Source of the DNA: Alloascoidea hylecoeti
Lineage: Eukaryota
NCBI GenBank assembly: GCA_001600815.1
Contig: BCKZ01000007.1
Location: forward strand, 978,059 to 1,042,058
Direction: 5' to 3'
Length of the DNA stretch: 64,000 nt
Shown: positions 1 to 11,838 of the stretch, piece after piece
Position numbering within the stretch: position 1 is the stretch's first letter
How the letters are laid out: every line of letters starts with the position of its first letter
Made by a program: the position numbers and the translations under genes
Notes under the pieces: model-generated
The model's input: only the letters and a program-made list of their open reading frames with translations
Told to the model about the DNA's origin: nothing
Databases searched by the model: none

Positions 1-1917
1 ATAGCTTAAAATCTGTACTTATTTTTGGATGATACCCAACCTATACCAAGCACTGATATTGAAAAAAGTGTGAAATGTCTGGGATGATTTTGCGACTCTT
101 TTACAAAATATATTGACAAATTTATTTAGAGAAAGAGTAGGAGACATATACCAATTCAATGATAATCGGCGCTTTGACCGTGCCCGCAATTACAAATTTA
201 TACAATGATTGAAAAGCTTCAATATTTCGAGCTGTATAAAACTAGTATTTTAACTCTTTTAGACGAAACTGATACGTACACTGTTTTTCACGTATTCTTC
301 CTGAGCTCTCTCCATATTTGCTGATTGTATTCTGGCAATGTTTTTCTTGTACTACATATATGTTGATACTCAATTCGAAATCGCTAAATGGTACGAACAA
401 GCCAAACTATTTTCTTGGTGAGTTGATTAGAGCGCTTACTAAAGCTAGAGATGAAGTTGGTTCCATACTTAACGAGTATGAGGATGTAACTGTTATAAGA
501 TTTTCATCTGTGATGTTAAATTTGATAATAATGTGGTGGCTATGTTATCTAGACAATTATATATTTAACTAAATATGATTAGAATTTTGTTTTAAGTGGA
601 GCAATATTATCCAATTGGAATTGTATATGCTCGGGGTTTATATTTTTTTAGAAGAGCATCAAAAGAAACCGAGAGAATTCGGAGATGACTTTATATCCAA
701 TTGTAACGAATTCGAAGGATGTCTTCTGATGGAATTGATTATTATACAAGGGTAAAGATTACATTAGAGAGATTTTAGACATTAATCCTGTTTGCAATTG
801 ATAATCAAAACTGGATCTAGATATATACCAATGTGGCATGTCGAATGATATCTGCTAGGAAATTCAAATAAAAGTATTGAAAGTCGCTGGAGAAAGCGAA
901 TTCTATGATTAGAATTGATATATCATATCTAAGTTGTATATATTTCTAACGTTAACTGCTCTTAAAAACTTATCTTTATATAAAAATATACCATTAATTG
1001 TAATCCTCCACGTTGCTTCACAAGTTCATATTCTATTCCCCACAATTACATCTCAAATATAAGATAAATATTAAAGCAGTTGCGATCACGGAATTTGTTT
1101 TAAATACCGAATAAAATGCTTCATCTAAATTTGTTATCCAAACCCCGCGGCGTCTAGCCGTTTAGCCGTTCTGTGCGGCGTTTAACCTCTAAGCTGCAGG
1201 GTTTGTATTAAATCGATGCATTGCATATGCATAAAATGATAGAAGCTCATTGCTAGTTTTATAGATAGAATGGAGCAGAGGTTAGTTTTCCCATATAAAT
1301 ATATACTATATACTACATAGTAATAGTGTACTTGTTTTCAATTTTTTTTATGTTAATGACCGACAATAATATACTCATTTTATATATTATACATTTTCTC
1401 GGGCATTCAGTGCTTTACTAGTTGAAAGACTGAAAGTGTAGATATTTCACGTTTACAAACTTAAAATGGAGCTCTATTCTATTTTATTTTAAGTTATATA
1501 CTATATATGGCAATAGTACTACTATTGGTATATAAATGTCATATATATTTGTAATTATTTAAATTTGATTTGTCTCGAAGTTATCAGTCTAATGAAATAA
1601 GTATACGGTGTGTAATAGAATCATAAAGAATATACGATAACACTATCAATATTGAATAACTTTGATTAAACTTACTTCATTAACTAATAGATACCATAAT
1701 TTGATATAATTGAACTAATTGTATATAAGAAGTGTTGAAGATTATATTTTGTGTTTGTTGCACACGGACTTCAGAAGTTCAGATTGTTAAGCCATTGTCG
1801 TTCAACCAATATTGCAATTATCACAAGGATCGTTATTATTATTATCATTTATGCAGCTACAACCACTCTAAATCTATATTCGGTATATACTAGAACTAAT
1901 TAATTGTAAACTTGGCA

Positions 1918-1955
1918 CTGATAAGTTCTGATAAGTTCTGATAAGTTCTGATAAC
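1918..1955 (+). repeat. Tandem decamer (CTGATAAGTT)x3 + CTGATAAC, four GATAA cores
   Basis: Directly visible, about 750 bp upstream of the PDR12 ATG. Confidence 0.9.
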
Positions 1956-2696
1956 TGCTTTCTTCAAAACCCAAAATATAATAATAAATCTAAAGTTAGT
2001 ATAGCTATAGGTATAGATAACTACAATGTGAAACATAAATTGAAAGAGAGATTACTTTTAGATATTATTATAAAGATCGCAATTGTTAAGTGTTGGAATG
2101 ATGGAATAAAAGCAAAATATTAATTACCATTAGATGTGTTGCCCGGATTAAAACAAAATTCCGATTTATATATAATTTTATAAAAAACCTCGAGGTGACG
2201 AGGTCCTGAGAAAAAAATTTAAACGTGCATACAAAGATTTTAATTAAGATGAAAAACACTCATAATAAACTTTTTATCTTAATGGAGTATCCGAGAGAAT
2301 TTCTTTTGAAAATAAATGGTGGTGTTTTCAATATTAATGAAAATGCCGCGGTTTAAATTATAATACTATATATTTTTGATGCATGCATTAGGAAATCTAG
2401 ACATGAGGGACCGAGCGTTTTATATTATGTGCTGGAAACACGGAAAGCATTTGCGATTATATATTTATTAACGTTGGATATATAGATATTATATAAATCT
2501 CCACCTTTCCTATAACTTTTTCCTCTTTGTCTTTTACCCATTGAATCAAATAAACCTTCCTCCTTGTGAATTGGTTCTTATTTCCAAACACTAATAATTA
2601 ATATCTTTTGGTAGGTACCATACATACCGCTTTTATATATCACTTTAGATTTATCAACTTCTGCTAACAATTTTCTTTGGAAACTAGATTTTAAAT

Positions 2697-5600
2697 ATGG
2701 ATTCAACCAGATCGTCATCTATTGATGATAGTGATAAAGAGAAGGATGATCACGCCGTTAAAGCCTTCAACCCAATCGAAAAAAATACAAGTCTTATTAA
2801 AAAACTCACACATTCCAGAACTCATGATTTGGAAGATGAAAATGAAGAAGATATTTACTCAGAACATTTAAGAACTGTTCTTAGTGACCCAAATGCAGTT
2901 CATCGTATTGAGTCTTTAGCCCGTACCTTATCTAGACGTGTTGCCGCTCAAGGTAAATTTGAAGTTGACCCAGATGATTTTGACCTTCAGGTATTGTTAA
3001 AATACTTGAATTCTAAAAGTTTAGAACAGGGTATTGAAGATAGTGCTGCAGGTATTGCATTTAAGGGTATTGTTGCAAAGGGTGTTGATATTTCGGCCGC
3101 TTATGGACCATCTGTTCCAGAAATGTTAAGAGATATGGCTAAGTTTCCTCTCAGAATGGTTAAAAGAGAAAGTAAGCCAATAAGAAACATCATACAAAAC
3201 GTCACTGGTGTTGTCAAAGCCGGTGAAATGTGTTTTGTTATTGGTAGACCTGGTGCTGGTTGTTCAACCCTTTTGAAATGTTGTTCTGGTGAGATTAGTG
3301 AATTATCTGGTGTTGAGGGTGAATTTTCTTATGATGGTCTATCACAAGAACAAATGATGAAGAAATATAAAGGATACGTTATTTACAATCCCGAATTAGA
3401 TGACCATTTCCCTCATCTTAAGGTTAAGGATACAATTGATTTTGCTTTGAAAACAAAAACTCCTGCTACCAGAATTGATGGTCTTTCAAGAAACCAATAT
3501 GTTGATACAATGAGAGATTTATGGTGTACCGTTTTTGGTCTCAGACATACTTATGGTACTAAAGTCGGTAACGATTTTGTTCGTGGTGTTTCTGGTGGTG
3601 AGAGAAAGAGAGTTTCAATTGTTGAAGCTTTGGCTTGTAATGCTTCAATTTATTCTTGGGATAATGCAACTAGGGGTCTTGATGCTTCTACTGCTTTAGA
3701 ATTCGCTCAAGCTATCCGTACTGCTACAAATTTGATGAATAATTCTGCTTTGGTTGCTATTTATCAAGCTGGTGAAAATATTTATGAGTTATTTGATAAA
3801 GTTACTATTCTATATCTTGGTAGACAAATTTATTTTGGACCTGCTACTAAAGCTAAAGGTTACTTCGAAAGAATGGGATGGGAGTGTCCTCCAAGAATGA
3901 CTAGTCCTGAATTTTTGACATCTGTCACAGATCCTAATGGTAGATATCCAAAGAAAGGAATGGAAGATAAAGTTCCTCAAACTGCTGAACAATTCGAAGA
4001 ATACTGGTTAAATTCCCCTGATTATCAAGAATGTTTGGCTGAATATAATGAATATGTTACCATCCATACTTCTGAAGATACTACTGAAAGATTAGAAACT
4101 GTCAGTCATCAAAGAAAGGAAAAAATGTTGAGACGTCAATCCAAGTATGTTGTTTCTTTCCCTAGTCAAGTCCGTCATTTAATTACCCGTGGTATTCAAA
4201 GACAACGTGGTGAATTGACATATACCGTTATTTACCTGAGTACTTTCTTAATCAAAGGTCTTATTGTTGGTTCATTGTTTTACAAAATTCCAACTGGTAC
4301 AAGCGGTGCTGTATCTCGTGCTGGTTGTATTTTCTATTGTTTGGTTTTCTGTGCTTTAACCTCTTTGGCCGAAATTTCTCATTCATTTTCTTTCCGTCCT
4401 GTGTTAATGAAGCAAAAGAGTTACTCTATGTATCACAATTCTGCTGAAGCTCTTCAAGAGATCATTACTGAATTGCCAATGAAACTTATTGCTGTTGTTA
4501 TTTTGGCCTTAACCGCCTACTGGATGCCACATTTAAATCATACTGCTGGTGCTTTCTTTGCATTCTTCCTCTTTTTGTTACAGATCCAACAGTGTATGTC
4601 CTTTTTGTTCAAAATTGTTGCTGCTATTACAAAAGATGGTGAAACTGCTCATGCTGTTGGTGGTTTAGTTGTTCTTATTTTATGTATGTATGCTGGTTAT
4701 ATTATTCCTCTACCACAAATGCATCATTGGGCTAAGTGGATCAACTGGATTAATCCTCTGAGATATGGGTTTGAAGCTTTAATTGCTAATGAATTCCATG
4801 GTAAACGTATGAGTTGTGATACACTTGTTCCATCTGGTGTTGGTTATGAGAACGTTTCTCTTGTTAATACTGTTTGTGCTTTTAAGGGTGGTGAAGCAAA
4901 TCAAGATTATGTTACAGGTGATAGATATATTTCCAAATACTTTCATTTCTATATGTCTCATACCTGGAGAGATATGGGTATTAATATTGCTTGGATGGCT
5001 GCTTTTATGATAGTTAACTGTGTCTTAGCTGAATATGTTAAACCAGTTGAAGGTGGTGGTGATATGCTTTTGTATAAAAGAGGTCATTTACCTGATAGTG
5101 GAAAAGAAACTGTTGATGGTCGTGTTGCTAATAGAGAACAAATGATGGAAGTTCTTAATGGTCCAGGTGTTGATCTTGAAAAAGTTATCAATGAAAAAGA
5201 GGTTTTCTCATTCCAACACGTTGATTATATTATTCCATATGAAGGTGCAACTAGACAATTATTGAATAATATCCAAGGTTTTGTTAAACCAGGTACAATG
5301 ACTGCTTTAATGGGTGAATCTGGTGCAGGTAAAACTACCTTACTTAATGTTTTGTCTCAACGTATCAATTTTGGTGTTATCACTGGTGATATGCTTGTTA
5401 ATGGTAATCCCATCGATTCTTCCTTCAAACGTCGTACTGGTTATGTTCAACAACAAGATCTTCATTTGGCTGAATACTCTGTTCGTGAATCTCTTCGTTT
5501 TGCTGCTGAAGTTCGTCAACCAAAAAGTGTTCCTCTTGCTGAAAAACATGAATATGTTGAAAAGATCATTGACCTTCTTGGTATGCAAGATTATGCTGAA

Positions 5601-7214
5601 GCTATTGTTGGTAAAATCGGTCGTGGTTTAAATGTTGAACAGAGAAAGAAATTGTCAATTGGTGTTGAATTAGTCGCTAAACCATCATTATTACTTTTCC
5701 TTGATGAACCTACTTCTGGTTTAGATTCTCAATCTGCTTGGTCTATCATTCAATTCTTACGTGCTTTAGCTGATTCTGGTCAAGCAATTTTGTGTACTAT
5801 CCATCAACCTTCTGCTACTTTGTTTGAAGTCTTTGATCGTTTGTTATTGTTGAAAAAAGGTGGTAAGACTGTTTACTTTGGTGATATTGGTCCAAATTCT
5901 TCTTCTTTACTTTCTTATTTTGAAAGACAATCTGGTGTTAAATGTGGTCAATCCGAAAATCCTGCTGAATATATTTTGAACTGTATTGGTGCCGGTGCAA
6001 CTGCTTCTGCTTCTTCTGACTGGCATGATCTTTGGATTAGTTCTCCTGAATATGCTGCTACATCCGCCGAAATTACTAAACTTCATGAAGAATTGCCTAA
6101 TAGACCTCAGTTAGTTAACGCCAATGAATTGAAAGGTACATATGCTGTTAGTTGGATCAATCAATTTGGTAGTGTTTTTAAAAGAACTGGTACACAATTT
6201 TGGAGATCTCCAATCTATATTAGGGGTAAGTTTTTAGAATGTGTTGGTTGTGCTCTTATGGTTGGTTTGTCATTTATTGCTGTTAATCATTCCCAAGAAG
6301 GTGCTTCTCAACCAATTACCGCTATTTTCATGATGCTTTTCATTGCTCTTGCTATGATTAACCAAATGCACGTTTTCGCTTTCCCTTCAAGGGAATTGTA
6401 TGAAGTTCGTGAAGCTGCTTCTAATACTTTCCACTGGTCTGCATTACTTTTAGCTCAAACATGTTGGGAAATAATCTGGTCTGGCTTATGTCAGTTCTTC
6501 TGTTTCATTTGCTTCTACTGGCCAGCTGGGTTTACTGGTAGGTCTCAGGAGGCTGGTTACTTTTTCCTCATGTATGTCATTATGTTCACCATTTACTTCT
6601 GTACTTACGGTTTATGGGTTCTTTACTTTTCTCCTAATGTTCCTTCTGCTTCAATCATCAATTCTTTGTTGTTCCCATTCCAATTATTATTCTGTGGTAT
6701 CTTGCAACCTTACAGTTTCATGCCTGGTTTCTGGACATTTATGTATAAGCTCTCACCATTTACTTATTTTGTTCAATCGTTTGTTTCTCCATTAGTCCAT
6801 GGTAAAACTTTGGTATGTAAGGAATCAGAATACAACATTCTAACACCACCAAGTGGGGAATCGTGTTCTTCATTCTTAGGTGATTATATTGATAGAGAAG
6901 GAGGTTACTTGAAATACCCCGATGCTACTGATCAATGTATGTACTGTCCATACACTATGCAAGAAGAAGTGATGGCAACTTATAATGTTAGATGGGCTTA
7001 CAGATGGAGAAACTTTGGGTTTTCATTTGCTTATATTATATTCAATGTCGTTGCTATGCTTGGTTGTTACTATTTGGTCAGAGTTAGAGTTTGGAACGTT
7101 AAGGCTATCTTGGATGTTAAGAACTGGTTTAGTGGGCCAAGAAAAGAACGTCACGAAGAACCATCAAAGGTATTTGTTCCACAACCTGGTGATGAAAAGG
7201 TCCTTAAAAACTAG
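2697..7214 (+). CDS. PDR12: PDR-family (ABCG) full-size transporter, weak organic acid efflux pump
   Basis: 1505-aa ORF with NBD1 GRPGAGCST, VSGGERKRVS, SWDNATRGLD and NBD2 GESGAGKT, LNVEQRKK. GEFSYDGL..MMKKYKGYVIY and RDLWCTVFGLRHTY closely match recalled S. cerevisiae Pdr12. Confidence 0.9.
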   Translation: MDSTRSSSIDDSDKEKDDHAVKAFNPIEKNTSLIKKLTHSRTHDLEDENEEDIYSEHLRTVLSDPNAVHRIESLARTLSRRVAAQGKFEVDPDDFDLQVLLKYLNSKSLEQGIEDSAAGIAFKGIVAKGVDISAAYGPSVPEMLRDMAKFPLRMVKRESKPIRNIIQNVTGVVKAGEMCFVIGRPGAGCSTLLKCCSGEISELSGVEGEFSYDGLSQEQMMKKYKGYVIYNPELDDHFPHLKVKDTIDFALKTKTPATRIDGLSRNQYVDTMRDLWCTVFGLRHTYGTKVGNDFVRGVSGGERKRVSIVEALACNASIYSWDNATRGLDASTALEFAQAIRTATNLMNNSALVAIYQAGENIYELFDKVTILYLGRQIYFGPATKAKGYFERMGWECPPRMTSPEFLTSVTDPNGRYPKKGMEDKVPQTAEQFEEYWLNSPDYQECLAEYNEYVTIHTSEDTTERLETVSHQRKEKMLRRQSKYVVSFPSQVRHLITRGIQRQRGELTYTVIYLSTFLIKGLIVGSLFYKIPTGTSGAVSRAGCIFYCLVFCALTSLAEISHSFSFRPVLMKQKSYSMYHNSAEALQEIITELPMKLIAVVILALTAYWMPHLNHTAGAFFAFFLFLLQIQQCMSFLFKIVAAITKDGETAHAVGGLVVLILCMYAGYIIPLPQMHHWAKWINWINPLRYGFEALIANEFHGKRMSCDTLVPSGVGYENVSLVNTVCAFKGGEANQDYVTGDRYISKYFHFYMSHTWRDMGINIAWMAAFMIVNCVLAEYVKPVEGGGDMLLYKRGHLPDSGKETVDGRVANREQMMEVLNGPGVDLEKVINEKEVFSFQHVDYIIPYEGATRQLLNNIQGFVKPGTMTALMGESGAGKTTLLNVLSQRINFGVITGDMLVNGNPIDSSFKRRTGYVQQQDLHLAEYSVRESLRFAAEVRQPKSVPLAEKHEYVEKIIDLLGMQDYAEAIVGKIGRGLNVEQRKKLSIGVELVAKPSLLLFLDEPTSGLDSQSAWSIIQFLRALADSGQAILCTIHQPSATLFEVFDRLLLLKKGGKTVYFGDIGPNSSSLLSYFERQSGVKCGQSENPAEYILNCIGAGATASASSDWHDLWISSPEYAATSAEITKLHEELPNRPQLVNANELKGTYAVSWINQFGSVFKRTGTQFWRSPIYIRGKFLECVGCALMVGLSFIAVNHSQEGASQPITAIFMMLFIALAMINQMHVFAFPSRELYEVREAASNTFHWSALLLAQTCWEIIWSGLCQFFCFICFYWPAGFTGRSQEAGYFFLMYVIMFTIYFCTYGLWVLYFSPNVPSASIINSLLFPFQLLFCGILQPYSFMPGFWTFMYKLSPFTYFVQSFVSPLVHGKTLVCKESEYNILTPPSGESCSSFLGDYIDREGGYLKYPDATDQCMYCPYTMQEEVMATYNVRWAYRWRNFGFSFAYIIFNVVAMLGCYYLVRVRVWNVKAILDVKNWFSGPRKERHEEPSKVFVPQPGDEKVLKN

Positions 7215-7904
7215 TTTCATCTTATGAAATAATGCGAAATAAACAAAAAAAAAAAAAAAAAAATTAATAATAATATTATCATGATAATGATAGAAATGAG
7301 ATTAAATGATTTCTTTCTTTCTCATAAATTACATTCTAATTCATAATTTATTTTACTCTTCTACTACTTAATTATTTGAATCGTTCTGCTCATCGTTTTG
7401 TCAAAGTTTTGCTTATAGATATTGCTTTTTATTTATATTTTTATTTTATTTTTAGGGTTAATTGAGTTACAAATATAGATATATGATATTTATAGCTGGG
7501 TTATTAGCATTTTATATATAACTTATAATTATAATATTAGCATTCCTATTTTTTATAAATGGCTTTCTCTAATCGATATCGTAGTTAATAGAATTATAAT
7601 TGATAGTAATTATAATCAATTAAGGTTACAATGAATTCTTTAGATTTAACATCTTGCTACCTGGTAGGACCTACATTTTAGGAGTGTCTTTGTAGTTGAG
7701 AAAAATGTTTAAAAACTCATGATCATGAAGTTAAGTTGAAGTCATGAAAGTACAAATTGTTACGTTACATTTTTAGGTTAATAACTTCACCATATAAGTT
7801 ACATGTATTAAAAACATGCTAATTTATTATAATTATATTAAACAAAATAGGGAAGCCCCTAAATATATACGCATTTTTCACAAAAAGAAACTAGAGATGA
7901 TTGT

Positions 7905-9353
7905 TTAAGGTTTTGGGCTTGTAAGTTGGGCACCATGACCATGCCTCTTTTTATTCTTCTTCTTTTGTGTTGCTTCTTCCATCAATTCTTCAAATACTCT
8001 AGCCTCTTCAGCCTCTTTTCCAGATCTTTCAGACTTTTTGAATATTGTACCAATATTTAATAAACATTTTGCTCTTTCTACACGTTTTGATGAGGAAATT
8101 GATTTATCATTTAAAACATGCTCACAAACTGCCCTTAATACATCTTGAATTTCAAATTTAGAACTTACCCAAGCTGTATTAATGAATTTACCAGTCATAA
8201 ATCTTTCAAATTCAGCTGCTTTTGCTTCGTCCCAATCTTCACTTTGTTGTGCTTTTGTCATATCTTCCATTGCCATCTGTGCATCAATTGAACTAGAAAG
8301 AATATTCCATGCATTTTTAGCAACTGATCCCTTTTCTTTTGTACTAGTATAAAGCTTGGATATTCCAAATGTCTTTTGTGCTTTTAAGAAATTTGAGGCT
8401 TTTGTAACATACACTTTTCCTATAGTATGTAATAATTCAATACCAAACGATTCCATTTTTAATTCTTCAGCCTCCTTATATAACTTTGCTTCAAAACGTT
8501 CTTTTGCTTCTTTTGATTTATCAGATTCAGTCCATTCTGATATTCTCTTAATTAAAGTATCAGATAATTCAAGAACACGGATTTGTTTTCTTTCCCGACG
8601 TTCTCTATCTAATCTCATTAATTCTTCACGTTGTTCTCGAGTAAACTTTTTCTTCTTCTTTTTTAGTTCTTCTGGGGATAATGGTACCGCACCAGATTCG
8701 GTAGTAGATGAGACACTACCATCGGGTTTCGTTTGTGAAAGAACAGTACTAGATGATTCAGATGAATATTGTTTTTTCTGGGAACTTTTTTCCGAATCAT
8801 CATCTGAAGTAATGATTTCGGAAGTTGCTGACAAGTCTTTTAATAATGATAATTCACCAATCCTATAAGGGGCCAAAAAAGGTTAAATTTCACAAAAACA
8901 AACTGTTTAAATTGGAATAACATACCAGTTTAAAAATGCGTCACCCCCAAAAATTGCCACGAAAAAATCATTTGCATCTTCAAAGCCATTTTCTGGAACG
9001 GCTTCGTCTTTACCAAATTGATCATATTTACTTCTTAATCCAGGATCCTTTAGAACTATTAGTTATATTTGTTAGTGCATCTCAATGACCATATATGTAA
9101 ATGTTTATCTTTGGGTCTCCTACCTTGATAAGCTTCTCCTATCTAAATAAAAATATTTATTAGTATTGAAGATGAACAACCGGGCCTCTAAATATCAAAA
9201 TACCTCTTGAAATCTCTCAGCAGCTTCAGGATCATCCGGATTTTTATCCGGATGCGTGAGGATAGCCTTCTTTCGGTATGCCTTCTTAATTTCTAGATCA
9301 CTGGCATCAGGATTGATTCCTAGGAGATCATAGTAGGAAGTATCTTTAACCAT
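7905..9353 (-). CDS. CAJ1: DnaJ/Hsp40 co-chaperone with DnaJ-X domain, 4 exons
   Basis: Exons 9353-9204, 9142-9124, 9055-8926, 8862-7905 give [12 protein letters not shown]...THPDKNPDD...[25 protein letters not shown]...[19 protein letters not shown], which matches Caj1 better than Djp1. Confidence 0.85.
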
Positions 9354-10017
9354 CGGATTTGTAATGAAATAATTGGGTGATGGAGGGTTTATTTGTCTGT
9401 TTGTTGAGCTGAAATGTTTGAAATCAATTTCAAAATTTAAAATGACGGTTTGTTTTTAATTTTCTCAAGAAAGTCAAAAGGCAGGGTAACACAGCGTGAC
9501 TACCTTCGTTATCATATCAATCATATCAATTTATCAGATCTAGAGGTTATTCCTAGCCTCCTAGGTGATTTATTTTGGCAGTACTTCTAATCTTGACTTT
9601 GTTGACTTGGAGTGCAATCTTAAAATGTCGCCTGAAGTAGTACTCAATAGCTCTCTGGTATATTTGGAAAGACAAGTCCTTATTAAAATTGAATACTACA
9701 TGTACTTTAGACATTTTAAAATTATTTGTAAAGCGCAAAGCTTGGAAATCTAGCTATAGTAAATTTAGAAAGATTTTAGACTGAGAATTTTAACTATGTC
9801 TCTAAAATACTATCGGATATCGATTATATAATGGAATACAATACGAAGATTACATAATCAGTTTGCGGCAGATTACCTAATCGATGGCCTGTTTTATGGC
9901 ACGTGCACATATTTAAAATTTTTTTCTTGATTTTTGGAGTTTCCATAACTCATTAATACCGTAAAATTTAATACATGACATTTATACCCAAACTATTAGT
10001 ACTTTAACAATTATATA

Positions 10018-10824
10018 ATGTCGGATATATATTCAACCCCATTCGTCAAGGATTTTTCATCATCCGAAACTGAAACTTTAATAACTGAAAGCTCAACTTT
10101 TTCAGAATCAAGTACGGGCACAATAAAAGCAATTCGAGATGATTCTTTGGTCGAATCAGCTTCTGAATCAGATGTTAATATTCCAGACTTGGATGATTTA
10201 GATATTGACGAATTATTATCAAAGGCTAAAGAAACTATTCAAGGAAATAATAAAAATTTAAGTCCCAATGATGATGATGAGGATATACAAAGGAGGGTTA
10301 AAAATATTCCAACTTTAGATGTTTCTAAAGGATCATTGAATTTAACAACTAAAAATAAAGTAACAAAATTAATCAATAACAATAATATCAATAATGGTGA
10401 TAATTATAAAATTCGAAAAATTAATGATCCTGTCCTTTTTAAACAACAAAAGAAAGTTTTAAAGAATTCAACAACTGGTCCATCATGGTTCAATATGCCA
10501 AAAGCAATACAAACACCAGAATTGAAACGTGATCTAGAACTATTGAAATTAAGAAATGTTTTGGATCCTAAAAGACATTATAAGAAAATGGATAAGAACT
10601 TTGGTGAGTTTATACAAGTAGGAACAATAATTGAAGGAAATACAGAATACTATAGTGCAAGAATGAGCAATAAAGAAAGAAAGAAGACAATTACTGCAGA
10701 AGTCTTAAGCGATGAGAATACTCAAAAATTCTTCAAGAAGAAATATGATGAAATTCAAGCTAAGTCTACAAGTGGCAGGAAAGCATTTTATAAGAAATTA
10801 AAGGCTAAAAGGAATAAGTTTTAA
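10018..10824 (+). CDS. FCF2: Pre-rRNA processing protein Fcf2
   Basis: C-terminal Fcf2 domain TTGPSWFNMPK..TPELKRDLELLKLRNVLDPKRHYK..FIQVGTIIEG. Confidence 0.9.
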   Translation: MSDIYSTPFVKDFSSSETETLITESSTFSESSTGTIKAIRDDSLVESASESDVNIPDLDDLDIDELLSKAKETIQGNNKNLSPNDDDEDIQRRVKNIPTLDVSKGSLNLTTKNKVTKLINNNNINNGDNYKIRKINDPVLFKQQKKVLKNSTTGPSWFNMPKAIQTPELKRDLELLKLRNVLDPKRHYKKMDKNFGEFIQVGTIIEGNTEYYSARMSNKERKKTITAEVLSDENTQKFFKKKYDEIQAKSTSGRKAFYKKLKAKRNKF

Positions 10825-10960
10825 AATAACGGAACAAAAATATTGCATTTTTCATTTATTTCATCGTTAATTATTTTGTTATGTTAATAAAGAATCATTT
10901 AATTCTAATTATAACTACAGTTTAGATATTAATACTAAAGGGTGAGTGTTTCACATTTGT

Positions 10961-11718
10961 TTATTGAGCCATTTGGGCAGTTTTTGGTTCTTCACCATTA
11001 TACATAAATCCTAACATTTGATTAATCAAAAATCCATCTCCATTTGTTTCATTATTCCCAGCTCCAGTTCCTTTTTCTTTTTCTCGTATTTGTTGTTGTT
11101 TCTCTAAAATCTCTGCTGTGCCATCTTCAACCTCTTTTCTTGTATAAAACTCAAAGAACTCTCTTCCCTCTCGTTCTTTTTCAGTCTGGGTTAATGCCCA
11201 ATTGCAAATTTCATCATCATAACGTAACGTCAATCCTTCAGATTCCTCTTTAGCTTTGCTAAGCCATGCATCTACTTCTGGTAAATTTTTCTTCCGCAGA
11301 AGAGTAGTTAGGAGACCCTCTTGTGCTGTTGTCGGGAATTTTGGTAACGGATAGGCTACGGTAGAACTAAGTATTTCTGAATGAAAGGATAATGTAGATG
11401 TTAAAGATATTAGCTGTGTTAATATTACGTTAAATTGATTTTGAATCGATTTCCTTTTTAGCCATAAATTAGTTAATACAATCATATATACATATATTAT
11501 ACCGAAAATTACGAGTATTCTTACCATGGTGGGAGTTGAGGTTGTTGTAAAGCATCTTGTAATTTTGATAATGAATGTGCCAACTGATTATGTTCGAAAT
11601 TTGTTAGTATAATAATCATCTATTTTTTTTGTTAGCATAATTAGAGACATACTTGGGTTAATCGTAGTCTTAATGATTCCAAAGAATCAACAGGAATGGT
11701 TGAATGTTCGGGTTCCAT
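10961..11718 (-). CDS. MED8: Mediator subunit 8, 3 exons
   Basis: Exons 11718-11653, 11583-11525, 11453-10961 give [20 protein letters not shown]...[18 protein letters not shown]...[21 protein letters not shown]. Confidence 0.9.
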
Positions 11719-11838
11719 TCTTTATAATTATAATGTCAATGAGATTTGGTTTTTTGTTTGGTGGGATCATTATTTTGTTAGATGAGAAGTTTGGAGGTTA
11801 TGATTATGGCATCTCTGTTACCTCTTAATACATGAAAA

